Shown: in pieces, positions 1 through 9,774 of the stretch
Layout of the letters: every line of letters starts with the position of its first letter
How positions within the stretch are numbered: the stretch's first letter is position 1
Source: an uncultured Nitrospiraceae bacterium
Lineage (GTDB): Bacteria > Nitrospirota > Nitrospiria > Nitrospirales > Nitrospiraceae
Direction: 5' to 3'
Assembly (NCBI GenBank): GCA_963730935.1
Contig: CAVSTP010000004.1
Location: 256,001 to 320,000, forward strand
DNA length: 64,000 bases
Made by a program: the position numbers and the translations under genes
Notes under the pieces: model-generated
Databases searched by the model: none
What the model saw: the letters and a program-made list of their open reading frames with translations, nothing else
What the model was told of the DNA's origin: nothing

Positions 1-21
1 AGGTACACCTTCCATTGCCAT
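1..21 (-). CDS. 5' end of a gene running off the left edge (MAMEGVP...)
   Basis: ATG at 21 on the minus strand, preceded by a GAGGAGG Shine-Dalgarno; only 7 codons visible. Confidence 0.45.
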
Positions 22-83
22 AACGTCCTCCTCAGTCTGTGCATCAATGGAGGCAGGATGCCAGGAAGCAGAAAGCTGCGACA

Positions 84-824
84 CTAGCACGATCCCGAGG
101 GTATGGGAGTGAGAGCGTTTGCCGGCGAGCTGTTGTCTCGACCTAGCTTGGTTAGTGCCAATAACAACAAGGCGGACCGGCCCAGCTTGCTGCTCCAGGT
201 AGGACGATGCTCCAGCATCGCGGCAGTCACGCGAGGCTCCTCCATCGCGACCACGGTCAATCCCGCATCACGGGCTGCGGTCAGAAGATGCTCGACCTCG
301 TGAATATGGCCGGGAATATGGATGGCTTCATCTTTGGCGCTTTGAATCTCGATATCCCAGCCGGTAAGGCGCTGCATGTCAGGGTGCACGGCGGCCACGA
401 CCGCCTGACCGTCCATGGCGAGCATGCTGGAGATCTCTCTGAACCACTGCTCGGCAGAAGCCATGTGATCGATGACGAGGGCGGACATAATGCGGTCGAA
501 GGTGAAGGGCTTGAAGGGAAGGGTACACGCCGATGCCTGCACGAGGCAGATGTCTGTCCGTGGACCGAGGTATTGTTTCGCCCTTGCCAGCATCTTGCGG
601 GACAGATCCAGGCCAATGATTCGATAGCGGGATGCCGTCAATAGACGGAGGTATCGACCGGTGCCGCATCCTGCGTCAAGGATTCGACAACCGGGAAACG
701 GGTGAAGGTACTTGAGCAGAAACGGCTCATCCAGCCAGGTGGACGGATCCTTATCATCATAGGATGCTGCCCATCGGTCGTACCCGGCTGCCGTTGCTCT
801 TTCGTCTTCTTCCGACCTCGCCAT
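84..824 (-). CDS. Class I SAM-dependent methyltransferase
   Basis: Motif I ILDAGCGTG, post-I GLDLS, LPF..FD motif; N-terminal YDRWAASYD. Confidence 0.9.
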   Translation of the reverse strand: MARSEEDERATAAGYDRWAASYDDKDPSTWLDEPFLLKYLHPFPGCRILDAGCGTGRYLRLLTASRYRIIGLDLSRKMLARAKQYLGPRTDICLVQASACTLPFKPFTFDRIMSALVIDHMASAEQWFREISSMLAMDGQAVVAAVHPDMQRLTGWDIEIQSAKDEAIHIPGHIHEVEHLLTAARDAGLTVVAMEEPRVTAAMLEHRPTWSSKLGRSALLLLALTKLGRDNSSPANALTPIPSGSC

Positions 825-1903
825 ATGATGATGACGGACCTTCGAAATGTTTACGTCATCTGTAAGGAGGTGCCTGACGTCAACATACTAGTCTTTCTGA
901 ACGGGGTTCAAGGTCGTGCGGAGACGAAGAAGTGCACCGAGTCCGCGCTGCGTGGCTCGGCCAAGAGGATCGGAAATCCTAAACCTATAAAGGTTGTACG
1001 CTACCCTCCCTCCTCCACCTCCGCCCTTTGCTTCCTTGGTTAAAAAATAAGAGCGTACGGTTATTTTTTATATTGATCTTACTCAAGCTAAGCAATCTAG
1101 GGTAGAGCACCATGGTATAGTCCCCGCGCAGGTTGCACCACTAGCGCAAACGGTTCAGCCGCCGGGCGGTTTTCTTGAAAAGTCGGGCGCGACGTATCGG
1201 CAGCGGTGGTCGAACGATAAGCTGCGTTCTTTTCTTCCGAATGGCAGAGGAAAATTCACGTTTCCCGCCCCTTACAACACGCAAGCTGTGCGCCTCACAG
1301 AGGCGAGTGACTGTGGCGCTGTCGACTGCTTGTGGTATGTCGGGTATTCGTCTGGCGCAACACCAATAATCACGTCGGTAGTGATGAAATGCTGATCTTT
1401 TTAAGCTTTAAGAAAGCTGTAGGCGGAGCAGGTCCGACACTGTTCAGCTTCAACAGATCACTGATACAGTAAAGAAGGTTGGACCCTTGTTTCCTGACTA
1501 TAGTCCGTATACGTGGCAAACGGGGGAGGGGTGGTACTTCAGCGCGCCGCCATTCTGTACATGTACGACGGGCCGCGCATGCTGCGGTAAGACGTGCATA
1601 TAAAGGAATTTGAGACCGTCTTTGATGTGACGGCCCAGTGTGGCACTGACCGTCGTATCTGGCAGATGCATTCCAGCAATGAGGATGTGGTGCATTCGGC
1701 CACGCTTCGCCGCACGATACCTCTCAGTTCCGGTTCTTCCCTAACACTACGTGTAACCTGCTTGCCACCAGTCCGAATGTAGTCTCAGGGTTGGGAGCGC
1801 TGCTCCACATCAATTAAGTTGTACGGCATGTTGTTGCTTACGTGAACAGTGCGTAAGCTTCGTTCCATTACCTACGACAAGGTACGATCGGGACCCGTTC
1901 ACC

Positions 1904-2104
1904 TCACACGTTGTGAGAGCGAACGCCCCGACGGCGTATGTAATATCGAGTCCCGCAGCGATGACACCGCCAGGGATACCATCCCAGGACGCTTATGAAA
2001 TGCTCCCACCACGTTCGATGCGATCGCGTCGAGTGCCGCCTACAGTCATGAGACGTAAGCGCTGATCTGTGGGTTTCTTGACTTAATGAGCTTGGATTCG
2101 TCAT
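1904..2104 (-). CDS. Small Zn-ribbon-like hypothetical protein (possibly degenerate)
   Basis: RSHRTWWE...YPWRCHRCGTRYY; the first CxxC appears eroded (SHDC); start uncertain. Confidence 0.45.
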   Translation of the reverse strand: MTNPSSLSQETHRSALTSHDCRRHSTRSHRTWWEHFISVLGWYPWRCHRCGTRYYIRRRGVRSHNV

Positions 2105-2421
2105 GGATAGATTCGCTGCCATAGCTTGTTGTACCTTGCGCCCCGCCGTCTTCAACAACACTTCCGACAGGCAAATTGTGTCTGTCAGCAGGGAGGACCA
2201 GGTATGCAGTGCTGATGGCATGAGACGGTCTATATTGTGTTGCCAGCGGTGTCGGACGAGAAGAAGTCTCAAGGCGGGAGTGTAGAAGAGGGTAATAAAT
2301 TGCGGACCTGCGCAGAACCCTAGCCGAAGGGAAAGTGACGCTCGGGCACCCCGCCGGGTCTTTGCTTGATAACTATTGGGGAGGACTTGTGGGAACTGTT
2401 GCGGAACCCCTGAAGACCCCT

Positions 2422-2667
2422 TTAAAGGCGGTCGGTCATTCTTACAGTTCTATTGGGTTTCGGTAGGCGATCTTTTTCATCCTGAGGGGAGAACAAGAAC
2501 ACTAACCCTCCCGGACCATCCACTAACAACCACCTGCGGCGACAATCAATGCATAAATATTCGAGCACTCCAATGTTCCGATGCAGAGCTCGGGTAGGCA
2601 ACAGAGTACCGTTACATTTGGAACATAGAAGGGGATTTCGCTTTACGGTTTGCATTTGTGTCCTCAT
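2422..2667 (-). CDS. Small CxxC...CxxC Zn-ribbon protein
   Basis: CSKCNGTLLP...VLEYLCIDCRRR; paralogous to 3636-3809. Confidence 0.6.
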   Translation of the reverse strand: MRTQMQTVKRNPLLCSKCNGTLLPTRALHRNIGVLEYLCIDCRRRWLLVDGPGGLVFLFSPQDEKDRLPKPNRTVRMTDRL

Positions 2668-3097
2668 TGGCCCGGTTCGCGAAGGGAATTGAGTGACTGA
2701 CCCAGGTGCACAACAAGGCGGTCGATGTGAGAAGAGCTGGTGCAATGTAGCCCTATCAACATTGGGAGGTAAATAGGGACGGATGGCCCTAGAACAAAAG
2801 TAGCGATTGTGTCGAACTTCACGCCGTCATCGCCACGAAAGTTTGCATGTCACAGGTGACATTCTGCATTTATCGTGACTAGAACGGTGACCATTGTGAA
2901 GCGTGAAGTAGGGAGAGGTCGTCTTTATCAGTCAACGGCTCGCAGGAGCTGATTTGAAGAGCGCACGCCTCGCTTAGCACGGCAATCAAGGAACTGGATC
3001 TTAAGTAGAGGAGGGGTGTTCTCGCCAGTTTGTAGAGGGGCAAGCCAGTGGAGAGCTTCAAAAAACTTGCTTGACGCTGTGCACGAGATGATCCGAG

Positions 3098-3283
3098 TTA
3101 CACTGCAATAGCCAAGGCTGATATCTCCGTGTCCTCGACAATGTCTCGGCCGTGGGTCACACCCAGAATCCCGAGATATATCTCCTGAGCATGACGGGAC
3201 CATTTCGGGTCCAGAGGAAGACCATGAAAAGCTGCTTCAGCAGCTTTGCGTTCGTCATAAGTGAGTGGAGGGTGTGTGGTCAT
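3098..3283 (-). CDS. Small hypothetical protein (61 aa, TYDERKAAEAAF motif)
   Basis: AGGAGGT Shine-Dalgarno just upstream of ATG 3283; protein-like composition. Confidence 0.7.
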   Translation of the reverse strand: MTTHPPLTYDERKAAEAAFHGLPLDPKWSRHAQEIYLGILGVTHGRDIVEDTEISALAIAV

Positions 3284-3635
3284 AGGGCACCTCCTCAATT
3301 TGCCTGTGAACAATGCTGTTCACGCGGCCGCCTCATCTTTAGCCTAGCCTGCCGACGTGTATTTGGCCTTCCTAAGGAGAGGGGGAAATGAGCCCCCAAA
3401 AGCGGGGCATACCAATAGGCTCCGTTGTTGTGGTTCCTTTCCCTATCTTCCGGCCTAACTTGTGTATCATGCATGTACAATCAACGTTTCCAAAGGGAAT
3501 TCAGTCTTATGAGATGAGTGTAGGCGCAATGCCAGAAGCGGGGCTCCCCCAGGAGGCATACCTGGCTTGGACCCGCCTGGCGTGGGGTTGTTGGTCGGCC
3601 AGATCAACGTCGGCCAGCACCACGGTTCGAACGTT

Positions 3636-3809
3636 CTATGGATACATGCGAACCGCTGATCCCATCGGCACTGCGTACGACCGGCTTTTACAATCTATGC
3701 AGACATATCGCAGTACCCAACTCTCATTCTTCAGAGGAATCGGACGGTCGGGCAGGAGGACGCCTTCACACTCACAGCACTGCAGCTGATCACTCGTTGT
3801 GGTTTCCAT
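3636..3809 (-). CDS. Small CxxC...CxxC Zn-ribbon protein
   Basis: CCECEGVLLP...VLRYVCIDCKSR; paralogous to 2422-2667. Confidence 0.6.
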   Translation of the reverse strand: METTTSDQLQCCECEGVLLPDRPIPLKNESWVLRYVCIDCKSRSYAVPMGSAVRMYP

Positions 3810-4144
3810 GTTGCGAGGGTATAGGAGAATCAAAATCGAAGAAATCTCTCGTAAGCGGTATACGGAGGCAATGATGAGCCAGCGCAAGGCAAAGGGCTCG
3901 TGACGTGGGACCATCCGCGATTCGCAGAGTGTGTGCGCACGTGGTCGGCGGTCCGTGTGTTGGATCCTTGGCCGTATAACCTGTATGACCTGAGGCTCTG
4001 GCGTCGATCCTGGAGGTCATGGGGACCCCAATGATTGGTGTGAAGCGCTTAGTAGATTGGCTTCTGGAACAGAGTTGTGAGAGCTGGCGTAACGTGTGAG
4101 ACGTGTTCGATGAGTGGCGTGAGCGGGCGGCCTCTCAGCAGCGC

Positions 4145-4243
4145 TGTTACGATATTCTCGCGGAGGAAGTGCGGCACATTTCAGAAGGGCTCACGAGAGG
4201 GTCCGGCAATGGGGGCAGATATGCGCCCGCGCCGCCACCTCGC
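4145..4243 (+). repeat. About 100-bp imperfect direct repeat, copy 1
   Basis: Aligns with 4844-4941; 25-bp identical block AGGGCTCACGAGAGGGTCCGGCAAT at 4186-4210. Confidence 0.9.
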
Positions 4244-4250
4244 CGAACCC

Positions 4251-4661
4251 CTACGGACAAAATGTGACATAGACCCCATTCCCAGAATTTAGTGCACGGC
4301 AAGTAGAAGTAGCTCCAGGCTTTTGACCAGGAGGATCGACAGATATCCATCCGCGCTGCACCATACATGCATCCACAATTCGGTGCTCGTCGTTAGTGAG
4401 TATGCTTCGACTTCGCAATTCTAATCTCAAGCCATTCGTCTTTAGACAAGATGCAAAATCCGTGGCAAGACGATAGCGGGCCATGTCAATGTCTTCAATG
4501 TCTCCCTCCATTGAGAAGGGAGCAGTCGGTGGTGTGCGAGGGTCTGGTTCGACCGTGCCACCTCCTAGAGCTCCGGCTGGACCCGTATCTCCAAGGGAGT
4601 TGAATGGAAAAGCGATGCAACCAACGAGGGCCGCAACCAAGATAAGGTGTGAAGATGGCAT
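4251..4661 (-). CDS. Secreted Cys-containing hypothetical protein
   Basis: Hydrophobic signal-like N-terminus, Pro-rich linker, four Cys in the mature part. Confidence 0.6.
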   Translation of the reverse strand: MPSSHLILVAALVGCIAFPFNSLGDTGPAGALGGGTVEPDPRTPPTAPFSMEGDIEDIDMARYRLATDFASCLKTNGLRLELRSRSILTNDEHRIVDACMVQRGWISVDPPGQKPGATSTCRALNSGNGVYVTFCP

Positions 4662-4843
4662 TCAGGCTACCGTCGTCGTGAGGTTCAATCGGTTATGCCT
4701 ATTTCACATCATAATGAACTTAGCCAAAGTTTCAAGGAATATGGCGATTGTGCCAGCCCGGCTGCCGCGACGACTTCAAAGGTCTAATTGGGACCCTCTT
4801 CGTACATCTGGTCTGCTCGCCGCCGAACGCAACCAAGAGCGGA

Positions 4844-4941
4844 TGTCACGATTTTCTCGAGGAAGAAGTGCGATGCCTTTTGGAGGGCTCACGAGAGGGT
4901 CCGGCAATAGCGCAGACGTGCGCTCTGCGCCGCCGCCTCGC
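4844..4941 (+). repeat. About 100-bp imperfect direct repeat, copy 2
   Basis: 25-bp identical block at 4884-4908, 698 bp from copy 1. Confidence 0.9.
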
Positions 4942-5094
4942 AAGAAAGACCCACCGCCGCCAAGGCATGACAGAATCAGTAGCGAAAGGGGAGGATTCGT
5001 GATGGGGTGTCGGGGCGTTTTGGCACCAGTTGGGACTAAGACGCTGGTGGGTCGCGGCTTGTTACTGTGTCGATTTGACTGAACTGATAGCACG

Positions 5095-5255
5095 CTGCAT
5101 AACACACAATTGACCGTTTGATCTCGCCAAACAGCAAGACCAGACCTGCTGTCTTTCGCTTTCAATACCGTATAGTTCGAAGCAAAGTTCCTGACAGTAT
5201 CAGACCAATACTTCAGGTCTTCTTCGTTATCATCGAAGATGAGAACCGTGGCGGG
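5095..5255 (-). pseudogene. Truncated response-regulator receiver domain
   Basis: Manual translation PATVLIFDDNEEDLKYWSDTVRNFASNYTVLKAKDSRSGLAVWRDQTVNCVL gives the beta1-DD to beta3 part of a REC domain; no upstream in-frame ATG; homology stops before the phospho-Asp. Confidence 0.7.
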
Positions 5256-5430
5256 CGTAGTTGCTCGTTGAGGAGGTTCGGCAAGAGTGTGTTGCGTACT
5301 ACCTTTGCGCCAAGACCTAACACTTCAGCAATGGCTGATAGGCCGATGAAGTAAATTCGTAAGGCATGGTCCTTAAAGAGAACAACAAGACCGGCCTGGA
5401 CAGTGGCGTACCGGCCCAATATGCATCCGT

Positions 5431-5919
5431 TTATCGACTTAACTGGGCGCGTAACTGATGCGAAACTGAGGCAAAAATGCTTAGAAGTGGGCTTCCTTCC
5501 ATTGCCTCTACAATGTACCTGGCAAGTTCCTGCCCCGATCCTATGGTTACAGAACTGGGATTGTATCTCCTAGAATAGGTGATCGCTGCTCCGCCTAAGC
5601 GAGACAGCAGTTGAAGTAGGCATAGTGCGTCTTGTCGCTCCATCTCAGATATTTCGAGACCAATCTGTCCATTGTCACACCATTTCACAGTAGCGGTCTG
5701 GATATCTAGGTGAGCATTGTCAGGGAGAACGAGACGGGCATACATCTCAACGCCCGGTGCAATTTCTCGGTCTGTAATAATGCACAATCCCTCAGCGGAC
5801 ATATCTAGCGTCATCCCTTCACCAGCGTAACCGGGATACGCGAACTGAACCTTGTAGTGCACTGACCAGCGTTGTGCAAAACGGGAATTGAGCGCATCGC
5901 GTGAATCTGGCGAATGCAT
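5431..5919 (-). CDS. PilZ domain protein
   Basis: RFAQR (RxxxR) and DMSAEG (DxSxxG) c-di-GMP motifs, VKW...IGLE. Confidence 0.85.
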   Translation of the reverse strand: MHSPDSRDALNSRFAQRWSVHYKVQFAYPGYAGEGMTLDMSAEGLCIITDREIAPGVEMYARLVLPDNAHLDIQTATVKWCDNGQIGLEISEMERQDALCLLQLLSRLGGAAITYSRRYNPSSVTIGSGQELARYIVEAMEGSPLLSIFASVSHQLRAQLSR

Positions 5920-6269
5920 CGGTATTCCCTCCGGTTTAGTAGGCCGCTTCGATCAGCATGGGTCTTAGGAACCTCGAGCGAGCAAGATTTACTGTACAAA
6001 TTATTCCCTTGCAGCTCAACCCCTCGAAGTGGTGATTCCCCGTGGAGAACACGTCGGCCAATCCAGAGCGCACATGGAGGAAGCTCAGCAACCCCAAGGG
6101 TTTGCGCCAAAATATCTTGGCCAAAAGTGCACACCTCTGGTGGGTCATTTGCCATCGTTTCAGCGAACGAGATTCCCGAGCATCGTGATATTCAGACAGC
6201 TCTCCGATATGCCACCTCGCTCCAGGCCATATTCGGGATGCTGTGAATCGAGGAAGTCTTGCTGGATAA

Positions 6270-6526
6270 AACCGTGACCACTGAGGAGCGTGAAGAAGGG
6301 GAATGGACAGAAGTTGTTGATTCAGTGGTGCGCCCGACAGGAGTTGAACCTGTAACCCCCAGATCCGTAGTCCCTAATTCCGAGGTAGCGACTGATGATG
6401 ATCTAAAGCGATGAAGCGCTATAATAAGCCGATACCACTGATAGGTTGCAAAGTGTTTTTAGTGACTGATTACGACTGAGATAGACCAGCAATCGTAGCC
6501 AAAACCGTGACCGAATCCGTGACCAG
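6270..6526. other. Composite att site: arm repeat, IHF-like site, tRNA-Arg 3' fragment, three arm repeats
   Basis: AACCGTGACCAC at 6270-6281; tRNA fragment 6326-6372; 12-bp units AATCGTAGCCAA/AACCGTGACCGA/ATCCGTGACCAG at 6491-6526. Confidence 0.8.
6326..6372 (-). repeat. Duplicated 3' half of tRNA-Arg(ACG) (att direct repeat)
   Basis: 46/47 identity to 20861-20907; ends just past the anticodon loop. Confidence 0.95.
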
Positions 6527-6609
6527 TAAAGGGGTGGCTTCATCGGCAGGGCGGGGGCTGCCACTTCTAGCGAAGGAGTTGCGCTCGTGTCTCGATGAGT
6601 AGGATGGCC

Positions 6610-7221
6610 CTAGCGCGGGCTGACCTTGAGCAGCTGTACGCTCTTCGATCTCTTGTTTGCCCACCTGTGTGGCGTGCCTGCAGGAATTGTAATAGCATCA
6701 CCCCGTCGAAGCACCTGAGTGCCGTCCGCTAGTTCAAGCACTACAGATCCCGAAATGACCATTGCGAAGAACCCGTTGTCACTTGTATGCAAACGGGAGC
6801 CGCTGGTTGCTTCGGGGCGCATTGTCACAAGTAGGGCCTCTAATGGGTTTCCGATGCTAGGATTGCCAAGCGATTCAATCTGCGAGCGCGACCAGCCGCT
6901 TTGAAGTACAAGGCGCTGGGCGATTCTTACCAATTCGGGACCTGACCGCTCGGCAGTATGGAAGAATTGGCCTAACGTTACACCAAGTCCAGCGGCAATT
7001 CGTTCTAACGAGGCCAGTGACGGGGAGGCCTTATTCAATTCCACTTGCGAGAGGAAACTGGACGTGAACCCACACTTGCTGGCCAGTGTTCGGACAGAAA
7101 CCCCTTCTCTTTGTCGCAGACGACGGAGGGCCTCGCCTAGGGATTGTTCCAGAGGCACTTTGGCTCTGGGACTTTTCGTTCTTACAAGGCGCTTTGGTCG
7201 GGGATTTCCGAGGCCGTCCAA
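6610..7221 (-). CDS. XRE-family HTH regulator with cupin domain
   Basis: LRRLRQREGVSVRTLA...FLSQVELNKASPSLASL HTH; C-terminal cupin LRRGDAITIPAGTPHRWAN. Confidence 0.9.
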   Translation of the reverse strand: MDGLGNPRPKRLVRTKSPRAKVPLEQSLGEALRRLRQREGVSVRTLASKCGFTSSFLSQVELNKASPSLASLERIAAGLGVTLGQFFHTAERSGPELVRIAQRLVLQSGWSRSQIESLGNPSIGNPLEALLVTMRPEATSGSRLHTSDNGFFAMVISGSVVLELADGTQVLRRGDAITIPAGTPHRWANKRSKSVQLLKVSPR

Positions 7222-7517
7222 TTAGCCTCCCTCGTTGCCAGCCTGAAGTAGTGATGTGGATTTATCCCGAATACTACACCACTCATAGGCATTTCTAAAG
7301 AGACTTCTCCTGCACAGCACCACTTCACAGAGGTAAAATAATACTTTGCCTACCTCCAAAGTAGTCTGTACAGGGTGTGTTACGCGAAGTAAAGTAAATC
7401 CACGCACTATGGCAGGGAGAAAGAGGCACAACATTGTTTTCTTCTAGGTGTGGGACAACAGTTCGCCGCACACGATCGGTTGGGGGGAGCGGTACGTCTG
7501 AGAACCTAATCGTCACT

Positions 7518-8918
7518 ATGCCTCTCGACATGCCTCGTCAGCAAGACGATTTGCTTCTTCTCGCCTCCCTTTTTCTTTTTGAATTGTCGATCGCCGTCAT
7601 TCCGATGGCGCTCTACATGAAGGGCGATAGATCTTTTGCGGTGTTCCTTCCCAGCAAGCCCGGCCTAGTGTTGTGTCTGGCTCTAGGTACTATCGTCATA
7701 ACGGGCGCAGCCATTATCAATCAATATTTGCTAAATAAACGGTTATTGTCTCGCCATTTTTCTTTGATCGTGGCCATGAATCTCGTCACCGTGATAGTTA
7801 TGCTTGTCACGGCTGAAATTGCCATCCGGGCGGCGTCTCACAGGTCAGTCGAAGGCGAGACGGTTGGCGGCGTAGTCTTGAGTCCGAAAACCTGGCAAAC
7901 AGTCGCCCAACACTACCGCCAGTTGATTGATCAACGCGGCGGCGATCTTGCTTATTTAGTGTACGACGATGTTATGGGCTGGACGACAGGACCAAACAGA
8001 CGGAGTGCCAACGGGCTCTACCGTTCGAGTTCTGAAGGAATACGTGCTCCAGAAGAAGGGATGTCCTTCCCGTTATCTACAGGGAAAACACGCATTGCTC
8101 TCGTTGGAGATTCTTTTACTTTCGGTGAAGACGTGAGATATGAGGAGACGTGGGGGTATTTCTTAGAGAAGGAGTTAGGCTCCAAGTTTCAGGTCTTGAA
8201 CTTTGGAGTCTCTGGGTATGGTGTTGATCAGATGTTCTTGAGGTACGAGAAGGACATTCGGAGATGGAAGCCTGAAGTCGTTATCTTTGGCTTCATCTCC
8301 CATGACACTGTGCGTTCGATGCTCGTCTATCCCTTCCTAACTTTTCCCGAGTGGGACATGCCTTTTGCAAAACCTCGCTTCATCGTGCGAGACGGAGAAC
8401 TTACCAATATCAATGCGCATCCCGCCGCTCCCCAAGCAATTTTTTCTGTAGGGTCGATCCTTGAGCTCGCAGCTATCGAATACGATAAAGGCTATAAGCA
8501 GAGCGACTGGGTGGAAAATGTCTATCATCAATCCTATCTTTGGAGGCGATTCGTTTCTTCGTTTCCTCGTTGGTCGATCGAGCGTGCTGATGTGACCGAT
8601 GTGGCGCTCGTCGACGTCAATGCTTCGATATTGAAAAAGTTCGTTCGGTCTGCGACGCAAGCAGGAGTGATCCCGGTGGTAGTGTTCTTCCCCAATAAGG
8701 AGGAACTAGAGAGGGCAAGTGTGTCTCCGCTTACCAAGAAAGTGCTGCAACAATCCGGCATTGCCTACACTGACCTCACCTCGTGTCTGTTGCCGTTGAA
8801 CGCCGCCGATCGCTTCGTTCCGGAGCACCGTCACTACTCACCGCAAGGCAACGCGCTGGCTGCGAACTGTTTGGATAAGGTGGTGAATGAGGCGCTGGGT
8901 CAGGCCACTAAAGGATGA
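7518..8918 (+). CDS. Membrane-anchored SGNH/GDSL hydrolase
   Basis: Three N-terminal TM segments, GDSFTFG (block I), NFGVSGYG (block II), HYSPQGN (block V). Confidence 0.85.
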   Translation: MPLDMPRQQDDLLLLASLFLFELSIAVIPMALYMKGDRSFAVFLPSKPGLVLCLALGTIVITGAAIINQYLLNKRLLSRHFSLIVAMNLVTVIVMLVTAEIAIRAASHRSVEGETVGGVVLSPKTWQTVAQHYRQLIDQRGGDLAYLVYDDVMGWTTGPNRRSANGLYRSSSEGIRAPEEGMSFPLSTGKTRIALVGDSFTFGEDVRYEETWGYFLEKELGSKFQVLNFGVSGYGVDQMFLRYEKDIRRWKPEVVIFGFISHDTVRSMLVYPFLTFPEWDMPFAKPRFIVRDGELTNINAHPAAPQAIFSVGSILELAAIEYDKGYKQSDWVENVYHQSYLWRRFVSSFPRWSIERADVTDVALVDVNASILKKFVRSATQAGVIPVVVFFPNKEELERASVSPLTKKVLQQSGIAYTDLTSCLLPLNAADRFVPEHRHYSPQGNALAANCLDKVVNEALGQATKG

Positions 8919-9305
8919 GTTCAGAGTTCAATTCGTTCCAATGACATTAGCCCTTGGTGTAACAAACCGCAGGTCTTACGAATGAGCTTCTTCCAAATTC
9001 CATAAAGGATGCCCGCACTGATTGGTGCCGTTGTCTATTACCGCCCGATGAGTCATGTAGCCGTATATACCCCACCGAAAGCCGCCCCTCCCACCATCAC
9101 TGTTCCAACTAGTGTAAACCAGACGCCATGAGCGACTATGCTTTTCAGGTCTTCACAGGGTTTGTAAACAGGCATCCGCCTATGGAGTGCCATAGGTTGA
9201 AGCCACTCCTCTAATAAGGTATTCGCACCGAATCAGTGTCCGATTCTGTGGGTTGCTGAGTTAGACCCCTTAGACTTGCACGGGTGTTTTCGCTTCGCGC
9301 TGCAA

Positions 9306-9514
9306 TGGTCACGGATTTAGTCACAGTCTCGAAGTTTGGATTTGCCACTTTATTGCCCGCTGATCCGTAGTCCCTCTTGAAAGGATCGTCACCGAGAAAG
9401 ACGAAGAGTGATTGAAGATGATAATCCCTTTGCAAAGAAAGCGATTGGCAGAGTTTCACTTGTCACAGAGAGCGACTGTTGTGGACTGGCGATCGTGACC
9501 AGAACCGTGACCAA
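9306..9514. other. Third att-like site: core plus arm repeats, no tRNA fragment
   Basis: GATCCGTAGTCCCT at 9362-9375 is identical to 6362-6375; arm units at 9491-9514; inverted arm units at 9306-9327. Confidence 0.7.
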
Positions 9515-9693
9515 GAAGGGGGCCTTCGGAGGCAGACGGGGGGCCAATGAGGACTCCCACGCCTAGCCAAAGGGGAGAGATCTCAATTACTTTCAGAGGA
9601 GTCAGAGCTAGGTGAGGAACCGAGTATATGGCTGGCAGTGTTAAGGGAGACCAAGCACAATAACGAGCCCACGACGGTAACGGTCTAATTGAG

Positions 9694-9737
9694 CTGTTAA
9701 GGCGAGGGCCCTGGGTTCGACTCCCAGGCGCTCACCA
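9694..9737 (+). pseudogene. Degenerate 3' tRNA fragment (T-arm plus acceptor/CCA), probably tRNA-Lys-derived att remnant
   Basis: CTGGG-TTCGACT-CCCAG T-arm followed by GCGCTCACCA; acceptor strand 1 nt short; no D-arm. Confidence 0.7.
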
Positions 9738-9774
9738 CTAGATTCAATCACAGCATTCATCTGGTCTGTCTGAA

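Noticed and set aside
2280..2420. Possible structured ncRNA
   Set aside because: Only short stems and no family motif I can recognise; a covariance-model search would be needed.
6491..6526. CRISPR-like or iteron interpretation of the 12-bp repeats
   Set aside because: Only two or three adjacent units, no spacers, no cas or rep genes; position relative to the tRNA core fits integrase arm sites.
8990..9130. Membrane-protein gene fragment on the minus strand
   Set aside because: A single hydrophobic stretch interrupted by stops; too little to assign.
9666..9737. Complete tRNA-Asn(GTT), suggested by CTGTTAA plus a T-arm
   Set aside because: No D-arm, no pairing anticodon stem and a short acceptor strand; kept only as a 3' fragment.
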